DNA of 64,000 nucleotides from Escherichia coli (GTDB lineage Bacteria; Pseudomonadota; Gammaproteobacteria; Enterobacterales; Enterobacteriaceae): NCBI RefSeq assembly GCF_013315695.1, contig NZ_CP054353.1; one strand, 5' to 3'. Shown piece by piece: positions 53,831 to 64,000 of this stretch (position 1 is its first letter; each line of letters starts with the position of its first letter). The notes under the pieces were generated by a model. It saw only the letters and a program-made list of their open reading frames with translations, ran no database searches and was not told where the DNA came from. The position numbers and the translations under genes were made by a program.

Positions 53831-55188
53831 TGAAAAGATTATCTATAACCGTCCGTTTAACCTTGCTTTTTATATTGCTGCTGTCTGTTGCTGGCGCTGG
53901 AATTGTATGGACTCTCTATAATGGCCTGGCAAGTGAGTTGAAATGGCGCGATGATACAACACTCATTAACCGGACAGCGCAGATCAAGCAGTTGTTAATT
54001 GATGGGGTAAATCCAGATACGTTACCTGTGTACTTTAACCGGATGATGGATGTTAGTCAGGATATTTTGATCATTCATGGTGATGGCATCAATAAAATTG
54101 TTAACCGGACAAATGTCAGTGATGACATGTTAAATAACATACCTGCTAGTGAGACAATCAGCGCAGCAGGCATTTACAGAAGCATTATTAATGATACAGA
54201 GATAGATGCTTTACGAATTAACATTGATGAAGTTTCGCCATCATTAACGGTTACTGTGGCTAAATTGGCTTCAGCCAGACATAATATGCTTGAACAGTAT
54301 AAAATTAATAGCATTATAATTTGCATTGTCGCCATTATATTGTGCTCAGTATTAAGTCCGTTGTTAATCAGGACGGGGTTGCGAGAGATCAAAAAGTTGA
54401 GTGGCGTAACGGAAGCGCTGAATTATAACGATAGCCGAGTGCCGGTTGAGGTTAGCGCATTACCGAGAGAACTAAAACCTCTTGGGCAGGCGTTGAATAA
54501 AATGCATCATGCTTTAGTCAAAGATTTTGAGCGCCTTAGTCAATTTGCTGACGATCTCGCTCATGAACTTAGAACGCCAATTAATGCATTACTGGGTCAG
54601 AATCAGGTTACGCTCAGTCAAATCAGAAGTATCGCTGAATATCAAAAAACAATTGCCGGAAACATTGAAGAGCTGGAAAATATTTCGCGGTTAACAGAGA
54701 ATATACTGTTTCTTGCCAGGGCAGACAAAAACAATGTTTTGGTGAAACTGGATGCGCTTTCTCTCAATAAGGAAGTTGAAAATCTTTTGGACTATCTTGA
54801 ATATCTTTCAGACGAGAAAGAGATTCGTTTTAAGGTCGAGTGCAATCAACAAATCTTTGCGGATAAAATTTTACTGCAACGAATGTTATCGAATCTTATT
54901 GTTAACGCCATTCGATATTCACCAGAAAAATCGCGTATTCATATAACCAGTTTTCTTGATGCCAACGGTTCTCTTAATATTGATATCGCCAGTCCTGGAA
55001 CGAAAATTAATGAGCCTGAAAAACTCTTCCGTAGATTTTGGCGGGGAGATAATTCGCGTCATTCCGTAGGTCAGGGACTTGGCCTTTCTTTAGTCAAAGC
55101 GATTGCCGAATTACATGGAGGAAGTGCTACGTATCACTATCTCAGTAAGCATAACGTGTTCCGAATTACGTTACCGCAAAGAAATTAA
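53830..55188 (+). CDS. hprS: Sensor histidine kinase HprS (YedV), 452 aa
   Basis: It has two TM segments, the H-box FADDLAHELRTP and an HATPase_c domain (GQGLGLSLVKAI). Confidence 0.93.
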   Translation: MKRLSITVRLTLLFILLLSVAGAGIVWTLYNGLASELKWRDDTTLINRTAQIKQLLIDGVNPDTLPVYFNRMMDVSQDILIIHGDGINKIVNRTNVSDDMLNNIPASETISAAGIYRSIINDTEIDALRINIDEVSPSLTVTVAKLASARHNMLEQYKINSIIICIVAIILCSVLSPLLIRTGLREIKKLSGVTEALNYNDSRVPVEVSALPRELKPLGQALNKMHHALVKDFERLSQFADDLAHELRTPINALLGQNQVTLSQIRSIAEYQKTIAGNIEELENISRLTENILFLARADKNNVLVKLDALSLNKEVENLLDYLEYLSDEKEIRFKVECNQQIFADKILLQRMLSNLIVNAIRYSPEKSRIHITSFLDANGSLNIDIASPGTKINEPEKLFRRFWRGDNSRHSVGQGLGLSLVKAIAELHGGSATYHYLSKHNVFRITLPQRN

Positions 55189-55295
55189 CATCGGGCTTCA
55201 GTACGCCATAAGTTAACCGTGAAAAAACGCAGCCACGTCGTGAGTATTAACGTGGCTGCGATTGATTATGCGCTTACATCACAATGTAACAGGGA

Positions 55296-56147
55296 TTAAC
55301 TCGCGTAAGCTGCCAGCATTTCCTGCGCCGCCAGTTTACCCAACGCATTCGCTGCAAAAGGACTGTCGCCGGTGAGAAGTTTACGGTCCTTATGTACTCG
55401 CCCGGTGATGTCGTCATTAATGATGTTCATGCCCATTTTCTTCAACTCTTCGCCGAAGTACCAGGTGAGATGACCCGGCATATAGCCAATATCTGGCGTT
55501 TGTTTGTCTGCGGCGTCTGGGAATGCGCAAATAGAATAACCATTCAGTGGGTTATCGCTGTGGCGAAGTGCCAGAAAAGCCGCCGGACCGTGGCAAAGGG
55601 AGATAACAAAACGGTCATTTTTGATTGCCCACTGTAAAGCGGCAGCCACGTCCTGGCTTTCTGGTAAACCAATAAGTGCGCCATGCCCACCAGGAACAAA
55701 GATTGCTGCATATTCGCTATCAGCGTTGAGGCTGGCGACAACATCCGCGAGTTTCTTCGGATTACGGAATAACGATTTATGCTGTTCAAAGAATGGCATT
55801 ACTTTTTCATCTTTGTGCGGCATAGCCCAGTATTCAAACTTGGTCATCAGACCGGAAATGGTCGCCACTTCGAATTCGAAACCTGCAGCATGGAGATGAT
55901 ACAACGGCAGCAACGTTTCAATCGGATGGTTACCGGTCGAGAACAGTTTTCCGTTATCGGTCGGCAAATAACGTTCGTCCGCGGCGATCACCAGAATTTT
56001 ATGTTTACCGCGATACGGTTTTGGATAGTCCACGCCATCAAGATCAGAGACGGGACTCGTATATTGGCTAAGCGAATATTCTGAAGGGAAGAACGCATTA
56101 TCTTCAGCAATATCGACCTGCGGGTTTTTACTTGTTTGAACAGTCAT
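55296..56147 (-). CDS. hchA: Hsp31 / glyoxalase III HchA, 283 aa
   Basis: It is a DJ-1/PfpI family member with the ISLCHGPAAF nucleophile elbow, and matches remembered HchA. Confidence 0.95.
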   Translation of the reverse strand: MTVQTSKNPQVDIAEDNAFFPSEYSLSQYTSPVSDLDGVDYPKPYRGKHKILVIAADERYLPTDNGKLFSTGNHPIETLLPLYHLHAAGFEFEVATISGLMTKFEYWAMPHKDEKVMPFFEQHKSLFRNPKKLADVVASLNADSEYAAIFVPGGHGALIGLPESQDVAAALQWAIKNDRFVISLCHGPAAFLALRHSDNPLNGYSICAFPDAADKQTPDIGYMPGHLTWYFGEELKKMGMNIINDDITGRVHKDRKLLTGDSPFAANALGKLAAQEMLAAYAS

Positions 56148-56662
56148 AGTGTATTCCTTATTGTTGCTTAGTTAGGGTAGTCACTATATTTGCGACTGAG
56201 CTGGTCGCTATTTTTAACCAGGCTGAAAAATTGAGTCAATATATCGAAAGCGGTAGTTGGCGGGCATAAGTATGTAATGATGATGCTGCACTGGTGTTGA
56301 ATATTATTCACGCCAAACTTTCCTTATTGAGTAACGTCGTCGCAAGTGGCCTCAATGATTTTAGACCATTATCAGAGGTTTGGGGGCGATGGGGAGAGAT
56401 TTAGTGCTGTGGAATGTTGTGGTACTGATGAATATTTATATCCCGGATTGGTAGGGAAAAAGCTTTTTTCATGCACTATTTTTGCAAATATTTCTATATG
56501 GGAAGCGGTTTTGTTACAGATTAAATTTATAAAGAAATGCATTTGGGGTGTTGGCTGGAAGAGTTGCTGGTAGAGGATATTGTGCCAGGAGGGGCAGGGT
56601 AAGTGGCTGTATCGAGATGCTTTGGCAATTGCGTGTGCCGCAGATGGAGATGAAATGCCAAT

Positions 56663-56700
56663 AAAAAAAGCCTGAGTTCGATGAGGGACGAACTCAGGCT
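56663..56700 (-). terminator. Rho-independent terminator downstream of the porin gene
   Basis: The reverse strand has a 12-bp stem AGCCTGAGTTCG/CGAACTCAGGCT followed by TTTTTTTAT. Confidence 0.8.
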
Positions 56701-56742
56701 GGTGTTATGTTTTACAGTAACACGCCTCGGCGCGTTGGCTGA

Positions 56743-57801
56743 TTAGAACTGGTAGACGATACCAACTGCCAGTTGGTCGTCGGTGTTCAGTCCATGAGCG
56801 AGAACATAATCACTCTTATCAAGCAGGTTGATCTGATAAGCGGTATATACGTTCATATTCTTATTGAAGTAATACCAGGTACCGATTTCAATATAGTTCA
56901 GACGATCAGAATCTTTGTAACCTGCTACGTCCAGTGCTTTAGAATAGGAGTAACCGATGGATGGACGCAGACCAAAGTCGAACTGATATTGCAGAACAGC
57001 TTCGAAGTTTTGTGTTTTGTTCACAACATCACCGTCGTCGGAATTCATGTTGTGAGATTCACCGTACATCACAGCAGCATAGACATTGTTAGCGTCATAT
57101 TTTGTTGACAACGCCCAAACTTCGGCTCTTTCGCCTTTACCATCACCAGACTGCCAATCAGTACGGTCAGAGTTTGCATAAGCACCAGCAAATGAGAAAC
57201 CGTCAATAGTGTAAGTTGCAGATAAACCATGGCCATCGCCATTTGCTTTGTAGTTGCCTGTACCTTCATTTTTACCCTGATATTGCAGAGCAAAATTTAG
57301 ACCTTCAACCATGCCAAAGAAATCTGTGTTACGATAGGTTGCAACACCGTTGGTACGGTTGGTCATGAACAGGTCAGTACCAGCCCATGAGTCACCGCCC
57401 CACTCAACAAACATATCAGTAAATGCTTCTGCATCATACGCGACACCGACATTACGACCGTAGTCGAATGAACCAAAATCTTTGTAACTCAAACCAGCAT
57501 ATGCCAAACGAGTTTGGTCAGGGTTGTGTCTGTTTGATGCTTCCAGGTCTAGTTCAAACTGACCGTAACCAGTCAGTTCAGGGTTGATCTGAGTTTCACC
57601 TTTCACGCCTACACGGGCATAAGAGGTATCTTGAGAATTATCGCCTTTTTCACCATTTTCACGGTCGGTCAGAATGCGCTCACCAACCATCTTGCCGTAT
57701 AGCTCAACTTTATTGCCATTTTTATTATAAATTTCAGCCGCATTTGCTGCGCCAGCAACTAATAACGCCGGGACCAGCATTGCCAGAACTTTTCTTTTCA
57801 T
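56743..57801 (-). CDS. yedS: Intact general porin of the OmpC/OmpF family (YedS), 352 aa
   Basis: It has the signal peptide MKRKVLAMLVPALLVAGAANA, the AEIYNKNGNKVELYGK beta-barrel start and a C-terminal ..VGIVYQF. Its position matches the K-12 yedS locus. Confidence 0.88.
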   Translation of the reverse strand: MKRKVLAMLVPALLVAGAANAAEIYNKNGNKVELYGKMVGERILTDRENGEKGDNSQDTSYARVGVKGETQINPELTGYGQFELDLEASNRHNPDQTRLAYAGLSYKDFGSFDYGRNVGVAYDAEAFTDMFVEWGGDSWAGTDLFMTNRTNGVATYRNTDFFGMVEGLNFALQYQGKNEGTGNYKANGDGHGLSATYTIDGFSFAGAYANSDRTDWQSGDGKGERAEVWALSTKYDANNVYAAVMYGESHNMNSDDGDVVNKTQNFEAVLQYQFDFGLRPSIGYSYSKALDVAGYKDSDRLNYIEIGTWYYFNKNMNVYTAYQINLLDKSDYVLAHGLNTDDQLAVGIVYQF

Positions 57802-58349
57802 TATGTATTCCCTTGTGATTATAATCTTCATGAATATATCAATAAGTGCTGTTATCCAAAAAAAGCACATTTGGATACTATTCTATGAAGTTCATTTTAT
57901 TTTAAAGATTACATGTAACAAATGTATTTAAAAGATTTCAAAATGTTTCTAATCTATTTAATATAATTCATAGTTATGAATTCTGAATATAAATATTCAC
58001 GAATATTATGGATATATATCAATATGTTATGAGTTGATCGAAAAGATAGGGAGTATCAATGATTGTTGCGCTAAACGGCTGGTGTGATCTCGCGCACATT
58101 AATGAAGGCATAAAAAAAAGCCGGCATCATGCCGGCCCAAAAAAATATAAACAAGACGATAAAAGGCTAATAACGGAGGCATGATGACACAGAAAAATAA
58201 AAAGGTATAATTGTAATCAGTACCAATATATTGATTGAATGAATTAATAAAGCCGAAATCAAAGATAAATAACATCGTTCAAATCGATTTTTCCTGTATT
58301 CACCGCCGTTGCGCAAAATTTATCTATTTGTTCAAAAAATGATTGAGTC

Positions 58350-58733
58350 TTGACTGGCTCATCCAATGTGGAAAAATGTGACTTTTATCACATAATAGTT
58401 CTAAGTCTGAATTTTCCGGGTTATCTCAAAATGGAATACGGTTCGACAAAGATGGAAGAGAGACTCTCTCGCAGCCCTGGCGGCAAATTGGCTTTGTGGG
58501 CTTTCTATACATGGTGTGGCTATTTCGTCTGGGCAATGGCGCGATACATCTGGGTGATGAGCCGGATCCCCGATGCCCCCGTGTCGGGATTTGAAAGTGA
58601 TTTAGGATCTACCGCGGGGAAGTGGTTAGGAGCATTGGTCGGATTTCTGTTTATGGCCCTGGTTGGTGCCTTGTTAGGCGGCATTGCATGGTACACCCGA
58701 CCTCGTCCCGCACGTTGCAGACGCTATGAATAA
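58350..58733 (+). CDS. yedR: Inner-membrane protein YedR (start uncertain; the ATG at 58431 is also possible)
   Basis: It has two hydrophobic spans and lies upstream of yedJ, as in K-12. Confidence 0.75.
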   Translation: MTGSSNVEKCDFYHIIVLSLNFPGYLKMEYGSTKMEERLSRSPGGKLALWAFYTWCGYFVWAMARYIWVMSRIPDAPVSGFESDLGSTAGKWLGALVGFLFMALVGALLGGIAWYTRPRPARCRRYE

Positions 58734-58772
58734 AAACTGCTAAGGTTGCGACTCTTTGGCAACGGAGCGCGT

Positions 58773-59468
58773 ATGGAGTTACAACACTGGCAGGCACAGT
58801 TCGATAACTGGTTGAAAAACCATCATCAACATCAGGACGCGGCGCATGACTTGTGTCATTTTCGCCGTGTCTGGGCTACGGCACAGAAACTGGCGGCAGA
58901 TGACGATGTCGATATGCTGGTGATTTTAACCGCCTGTTATTTTCACGATATCGTGACCCTGGCGAAAAATCATCCGCAACGGCAGCGTTCTTCAATCCTG
59001 GCGGCAGAAGAGACGCGTCGCCTGCTCCGTGAAGAGTTCGCGCAATTTCCGGCGGAGAAAATTGAGGCCGTTTGTCATGCCATTGCCGCTCACAGTTTCA
59101 GCGCGCAAATCGCCCCCTTAACAACGGAAGCTAAAATCGTCCAGGATGCGGATCGGCTGGAAGCCCTGGGGGCGATTGGCCTGGCGCGCGTATTTGCCGT
59201 TTCAGGGGCATTGGGCTTGGCGCTGTTTGATGGCGAAGATCCGTTCGCACAGCATCGCCCGCTTGATGATAAACGCTACGCGCTGGATCATTTCCAGACA
59301 AAGTTACTGAAATTACCGCAAACCATGCAAACCGCAAGAGGCAAGCAGCTGGCACAGCACAACGCGCAATTTTTAGTCGAGTTTATGGCGAAGCTCGGTG
59401 CCGAACTGGCGGGGGAGAATGAAGGTATCGATCACAAGGTGATAGATGCGTTTTCACCCGCTGGCTGA
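58773..59468 (+). CDS. yedJ: HD-domain phosphohydrolase YedJ, 231 aa
   Basis: It has the HD motif (..CYFHDIV..) and conserved synteny. The start is the internal ATG of ORF 58746..59468. Confidence 0.9.
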   Translation: MELQHWQAQFDNWLKNHHQHQDAAHDLCHFRRVWATAQKLAADDDVDMLVILTACYFHDIVTLAKNHPQRQRSSILAAEETRRLLREEFAQFPAEKIEAVCHAIAAHSFSAQIAPLTTEAKIVQDADRLEALGAIGLARVFAVSGALGLALFDGEDPFAQHRPLDDKRYALDHFQTKLLKLPQTMQTARGKQLAQHNAQFLVEFMAKLGAELAGENEGIDHKVIDAFSPAG

Positions 59469-59534
59469 GCGCGTGGCCCTAAACGGCAGTAATTATGTTA
59501 ACCTGTCGGCCATCTCAGATGGCCGGTTAAATCT

Positions 59535-60953
59535 ATGCAGGAAAATATATCAGTAACCGATTCATACAGCACCGGGAATGCCGCACAGGCAATGCTGGAG
59601 AAACTGCTGCAAATTTATGATGTTAAAACGCTGGTGGCGCAGCTTAATGGTGTGGGTGAGAATCACTGGAGCGCGGCAATTTTAAAACGTGCGCTGGCGA
59701 ATGACTCGGCATGGCACCGTTTAAGTGAGAAAGAGTTTGCCCATCTGCAAACGTTGTTACCCAAACCACCGGAACATCATCCGCATTATGCGTTTCGCTT
59801 TATCGATCTATTTGCCGGAATTGGCGGCATCCGTCGCGGTTTTGAATCGATTGGCGGACAGTGCGTGTTTACCAGCGAATGGAACAAACATGCTGTACGC
59901 ACTTATAAAGCCAACCATTATTGCGACCCGGCGACGCATCATTTTAATGAAGATATCCGCGACATCACCCTCAGTCATCAAGAAGGCGTGAGTGATGAGG
60001 CGGCGGCGGAACATATTCGTCAACACATTCCTGAACACGATGTTTTACTGGCCGGTTTCCCTTGTCAGCCATTTTCGCTGGCTGGCGTATCGAAAAAGAA
60101 CTCGCTCGGGCGGGCGCACGGTTTTGCCTGCGATACCCAGGGTACGCTGTTCTTTGATGTGGTGCGCATTATCGACGCGCGTCGTCCGGCGATGTTTGTG
60201 CTCGAAAATGTCAAAAACCTGAAGAGTCACGATAAGGGAAAAACGTTCCGCATCATCATGCAGACGCTGGACGAACTGGGCTATGACGTTGCCGACGCAG
60301 CAGATAACGGGCCGGACGATCCGAAAATCATCGACGGTAAACATTTCCTGCCGCAGCACCGTGAACGCATCGTGCTGGTGGGTTTTCGTCGCGATCTGAA
60401 TCTGAAAGCCGATTTTACTCTGCGTGATATCAGCGAATGTTTCCCTGCACAGCGAGTGACGCTGGCGCAGCTGCTGGACCCGATGGTTGAGGCGAAATAT
60501 ATCCTGACGCCGGTGCTGTGGAAGTACCTCTATCGATATGCGAAAAAACATCAGGCGCGCGGTAACGGCTTCGGTTATGGAATGGTTTATCCGAACAATC
60601 CGCAAAGCGTCACCCGTACGCTGTCTGCTCGTTATTACAAGGATGGCGCGGAAATTTTAATCGACCGCGGCTGGGATATGGCCACGGGTGAGAAAGACTT
60701 TGACGATCCGCTGAATCAGCAACATCGTCCACGTCGGTTAACACCTCGTGAATGCGCGCGCTTAATGGGTTTTGAAGCGCCGGGAGAAGCGAAATTCCGC
60801 ATTCCGGTTTCGGACACTCAGGCCTATCGCCAGTTCGGTAACTCGGTGGTCGTGCCGGTCTTTGCCGCGGTGGCAAAACTGCTTGAGCCAAAAATCAAAC
60901 AGGCGGTGGCGTTGCGTCAGCAAGAGGCACAACATGGTCGACGTTCACGATAA
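59535..60953 (+). CDS. dcm: DNA-cytosine C5-methyltransferase Dcm, 472 aa
   Basis: It carries the motifs [24 protein letters not shown] and QFGNSV. Confidence 0.97.
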   Translation: MQENISVTDSYSTGNAAQAMLEKLLQIYDVKTLVAQLNGVGENHWSAAILKRALANDSAWHRLSEKEFAHLQTLLPKPPEHHPHYAFRFIDLFAGIGGIRRGFESIGGQCVFTSEWNKHAVRTYKANHYCDPATHHFNEDIRDITLSHQEGVSDEAAAEHIRQHIPEHDVLLAGFPCQPFSLAGVSKKNSLGRAHGFACDTQGTLFFDVVRIIDARRPAMFVLENVKNLKSHDKGKTFRIIMQTLDELGYDVADAADNGPDDPKIIDGKHFLPQHRERIVLVGFRRDLNLKADFTLRDISECFPAQRVTLAQLLDPMVEAKYILTPVLWKYLYRYAKKHQARGNGFGYGMVYPNNPQSVTRTLSARYYKDGAEILIDRGWDMATGEKDFDDPLNQQHRPRRLTPRECARLMGFEAPGEAKFRIPVSDTQAYRQFGNSVVVPVFAAVAKLLEPKIKQAVALRQQEAQHGRRSR

Positions 60954-61404
60954 GGCCACCCGCAGCAAAAATATGCGCGCGATTGCCACGCGTGATACGG
61001 CGATTGAGAAGCGCCTCGCCAGTTTGTTAACCGGGCAGGGCCTTGCGTTTCGCGTTCAGGACGCCAGTCTGCCCGGACGCCCGGATTTTGTCGTTGATGA
61101 ATATCGCTGCGTGATATTTACCCACGGCTGCTTCTGGCATCATCATCACTGCTATCTGTTTAAAGTGCCTGCGACTCGAACCGAGTTCTGGCTGGAGAAG
61201 ATAGGTAAAAATGTTGAACGCGATCGCCGCGATATCAGTCGCTTGCAGGAGCTCGGCTGGCGCGTACTGATTGTCTGGGAGTGTGCGTTACGTGGGCGCG
61301 AGAAGCTGACGGATGCGGCGCTTACCGAGCGTCTGGAAGAGTGGATCTGCGGCGAAGGTGCCAGCGCGCAGATCGACACGCAGGGGATTCATTTACTCGC
61401 TTGA
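60934..61404 (+). CDS. vsr: Very-short-patch repair endonuclease Vsr, 156 aa
   Basis: [28 protein letters not shown]...[25 protein letters not shown]. The gene overlaps the dcm 3' end, as known for dcm-vsr. Confidence 0.95.
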   Translation: MVDVHDKATRSKNMRAIATRDTAIEKRLASLLTGQGLAFRVQDASLPGRPDFVVDEYRCVIFTHGCFWHHHHCYLFKVPATRTEFWLEKIGKNVERDRRDISRLQELGWRVLIVWECALRGREKLTDAALTERLEEWICGEGASAQIDTQGIHLLA

Positions 61405-62313
61405 TGCATCCTGAATAACTGGCGCGACAACGGGTTTGGCCGGGAAGAGATATTTTCCCAACGTGACCAGTACCACCGCGAAAACAATTACGCCGAGCGC
61501 CAGCCATTCAATTTTCGACAGCGTTTCGCCACCCAGTCCCGTACCCAGCAAGACCGCGACCACCGGGTTAACGTAGGCGTAGCTGGTGGCGAGAGCCGGA
61601 CTGACATTACGGATTAAATACATATAAGCGTTAATGGCGATAATCGAACCAAACAGCGCCAGATAGCCGACCGCAAGGAAGCCTGACAGGGAAGGGAGCG
61701 CCGTCAGTTTTTCACCCGCAATCATCGATGCGATCATTAACACCACGCCTGCCGCCAGCATCTCAATCGCACCCGCCATCATCCCTACAGGTAAGGTAAT
61801 GCGCGAGCCATAAACTGAGCCAAACGCCCAGCTAATCGAGCCGATTAAAATCAGAATCGCGCCCCACGGATTGCCGCTTAAATTTCCACCGCTATTGAGC
61901 ATGATGATTCCGGCAAGCCCAATGGCGATACCCACCCATTCCAGTTTGCGCGTTTTAATGCCAAACAGGCGGCTGAAGCACAGGGTAAAGAGGGGCACGG
62001 TTGCAACCACTACGGCGGCGATGCCGGAAGGAACATTTTGATGTTCGGCAACCGTCACCATGCCATTACCGACAGCCAGCAATAACAGGCCAATCAGCGC
62101 GGCATTGAGCAGCGGACGTAGCGGGGGAAGTTTGTGTCCGCGCAGTAGCAAAAATGCCAGCAATAAAATACCGGCTGCCAGGAATCGAACGCCCGCCATC
62201 ATTAACGGAGGCCAGCTTTCCACGCCAATCCGAATGACAAAATAGGTTGAGCCCCAAATGATATACAACGCAAACAGCGCGCCAAAAAGCGGTAACAACT
62301 GGCGGAAACGCAT
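61393..62313 (-). CDS. yedA: EamA/DMT-family transporter YedA, 306 aa
   Basis: A ten-helix DMT-type membrane protein with conserved synteny. Confidence 0.9.
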   Translation of the reverse strand: MRFRQLLPLFGALFALYIIWGSTYFVIRIGVESWPPLMMAGVRFLAAGILLLAFLLLRGHKLPPLRPLLNAALIGLLLLAVGNGMVTVAEHQNVPSGIAAVVVATVPLFTLCFSRLFGIKTRKLEWVGIAIGLAGIIMLNSGGNLSGNPWGAILILIGSISWAFGSVYGSRITLPVGMMAGAIEMLAAGVVLMIASMIAGEKLTALPSLSGFLAVGYLALFGSIIAINAYMYLIRNVSPALATSYAYVNPVVAVLLGTGLGGETLSKIEWLALGVIVFAVVLVTLGKYLFPAKPVVAPVIQDASSE

Positions 62314-62485
62314 AATCCCTCACGGCGGAAATAAAAAGGTGGTTCATAGTAAACGTGAAAATCATTCTGCTGGCGAGAGATATAATTGCACTTGATTGTT
62401 AAATAAATGTTGACCTGTGAAGCAAGTATCAGAGCTGCCGTTTTTGCTTCATACTTACACCCTTCAACAATAAAAATGAGAGGGA

Positions 62486-63403
62486 ATGCTTTTGGCCGGG
62501 AGTAGTTTACTGACGTTGCTCGATGATATCGCCACACTGCTGGACGATATCTCCGTGATGGGCAAACTGGCGGCGAAGAAAACCGCCGGTGTATTAGGGG
62601 ATGATTTATCGCTCAATGCGCAACAAGTTTCAGGCGTGCGGGCCAACCGGGAACTTCCCGTGGTCTGGGGCGTGGCGAAAGGATCGCTGATCAATAAAGT
62701 GATTCTGGTGCCGCTGGCGTTGATCATCAGTGCGTTTATCCCGTGGGCGATTACGCCACTGTTGATGATTGGTGGCGCGTTTCTCTGCTTTGAAGGGGTA
62801 GAGAAAGTGCTGCATATGCTGGAGGCGCGTAAACATAAAGAAGATCCAGCGCAGAGCCAGCAGCGTCTGGAGAAGCTGGCGGCGCAGGATCCGCTGAAGT
62901 TTGAAAAGGACAAAATTAAAGGGGCGATTCGTACCGATTTTATTTTGTCTGCGGAAATCGTCGCCATCACGCTGGGGATTGTGGCAGAGGCGCCGTTGCT
63001 TAATCAGGTGCTGGTGCTTTCAGGCATCGCGCTGGTAGTGACCGTGGGCGTCTACGGTCTGGTAGGGGTTATCGTTAAGATTGATGACCTGGGGTATTGG
63101 CTGGCGGAAAAATCCAGCGCGCTGATGCAGGCATTAGGTAAAGGGTTATTGATTATCGCGCCCTGGCTGATGAAAGCATTATCGATTGTCGGCACGCTGG
63201 CGATGTTCCTCGTCGGCGGCGGGATTGTGGTACATGGTATTGCGCCGCTGCATCACGCCATTGAACATTTCGCCGGGCAGCAAAGTGCAGTGGTGGCGAT
63301 GATATTACCGACTGTTTTAAATCTGATTCTTGGATTTATCATCGGCGGCATCGTGGTGCTGGGAGTGAAAGCAGTAGCGAAAATGCGCGGTCAGGCACAT
63401 TAA
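62486..63403 (+). CDS. yedI: DUF808 inner-membrane protein YedI, 305 aa
   Basis: [38 protein letters not shown] matches remembered YedI. Confidence 0.9.
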   Translation: MLLAGSSLLTLLDDIATLLDDISVMGKLAAKKTAGVLGDDLSLNAQQVSGVRANRELPVVWGVAKGSLINKVILVPLALIISAFIPWAITPLLMIGGAFLCFEGVEKVLHMLEARKHKEDPAQSQQRLEKLAAQDPLKFEKDKIKGAIRTDFILSAEIVAITLGIVAEAPLLNQVLVLSGIALVVTVGVYGLVGVIVKIDDLGYWLAEKSSALMQALGKGLLIIAPWLMKALSIVGTLAMFLVGGGIVVHGIAPLHHAIEHFAGQQSAVVAMILPTVLNLILGFIIGGIVVLGVKAVAKMRGQAH

Positions 63404-63481
63404 TACTCGCACTGGCTATTATGCAAAATTTGCCATCTTCAACTAAGGTGAACAAGTTTCACTCGAAAAAAGGAGGCGAGT

Positions 63482-63664
63482 ATGAGCTTTATGGTTAGTG
63501 AGGAAGTTACGGTTAAAGAGGGCGGCCCGCGGATGATTGTCACTGGATACTCCAGCGGTATGGTTGAGTGTCGTTGGTATGACGGTTACGGGGTCAAGCG
63601 GGAAGCTTTTCATGAAACCGATCTTGTTCCGGGGGAGGGGAGTCGTTCTGCGGAAGAAGTTTGA
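63482..63664 (+). CDS. yodC: Small protein YodC (DUF2158), 60 aa
   Basis: MSFMVSEEVTVKEGGPRMIVTGYSSGMVECRWYDGYGVKREAFHETDLVPGEG matches remembered YodC. Confidence 0.88.
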   Translation: MSFMVSEEVTVKEGGPRMIVTGYSSGMVECRWYDGYGVKREAFHETDLVPGEGSRSAEEV

Positions 63665-63834
63665 AAGGGTATCATTAACACCAGGCCGGATCACATCCGG
63701 CCTGGTGTCCCAATGCCTGCAATGAATGATAGTCGCGTCTTATCATGCCACCATTATAAAATTATCGCTGTTTTGCGGTACGCTATCGCCGGGTTATGCC
63801 AGAATCATAAAAAAGCAGGTTGGGAGTCGTCAGG

Positions 63835-64000
63835 GTGCAGCACGAGACAAAAATGGAAAACCAGAGCTGGTTGAAAAAACTCGCACGCCGCCTGGGGCCT
63901 GGTCATATCGTTAATCTCTGCTTTATCGTGGTATTGCTTTTTTCCACCTTGCTCACCTGGCGTGAAGTGGTGGTGCTGGAAGATGCCTATATCTCCAGCC
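63835..64000 (+). CDS. dgcQ: Diguanylate cyclase DgcQ (YedQ), N-terminal 55 codons (runs off the window)
   Basis: From a GTG start the hand translation is [54 protein letters not shown], matching the remembered DgcQ N-terminus. Confidence 0.85.
   Translation, partial: MQHETKMENQSWLKKLARRLGPGHIVNLCFIVVLLFSTLLTWREVVVLEDAYISS

Noticed and set aside
56346-56573. 75-aa forward ORF between hchA and the porin gene.
   Set aside because: It has no RBS, an odd composition and no recognisable family. It lies in an intergenic region between two convergent or divergent host genes, so I treated it as non-coding.
60934-60953. Overlap of the dcm and vsr reading frames.
   Set aside because: This is a known, conserved feature of the E. 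coli dcm-vsr operon and is not novel.

Overview
The window is an Escherichia coli chromosomal segment (asnT-mtfA-serU on the left; zinT-msrQP-hiuH-hprRS-hchA-yedS-yedR-yedJ-dcm-vsr-yedA-yedI-yodC-dgcQ on the right). It is interrupted by a lambdoid prophage of about 47.5 kb integrated into the 3' half of tRNA-Ser(CGA) serU; a 62-nt att duplication lies at 1775-1836 and 49225-49286. The prophage is a mosaic. Its early, immunity and nin regions look like an intact relative of the K-12 Qin prophage: DicA/DicC switch, ydfC-dicF-dicB-ydfD operon, HokD, DUF968, RusA and a QuuQ-type Q. Its lysis cassette is phage-21-like (pinholin plus SAR endolysin plus Rz/Rz1). Its cos site and the whole head-tail block (nu1 through J, lom, stf) are collinear with lambda. 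All protein calls come from reading the supplied translations against remembered family sequences; no searches were run. The points I consider most worth follow-up are: (1) the slot between the Q-linked tRNAs and nanS-p, where Stx phages carry stxAB, here holds low-GC cargo of unknown function, including an autonomously promoted reverse-strand gene and a roughly 160-nt GC-rich structured element; (2) a 296-aa gene is wedged between pinholin and SAR endolysin, and a terminator plus two tiny membrane ORFs lie between endolysin and spanins; (3) a lipoprotein with a TonB C-terminal domain sits at the bor position, next to a split secreted-protein gene; (4) reverse-strand promoter-hairpin-U-tract modules (candidate sRNAs) lie in a 343-bp insert between tail genes I and J and at the right prophage end; (5) an 813-aa early protein joins a RecE-like N-terminus to a DEDDh 3'-5' exonuclease domain, with no RecT present; (6) the large terminase gene is frame-broken, so the prophage is probably packaging-defective. 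No CRISPR array, stx genes or IS elements were seen.
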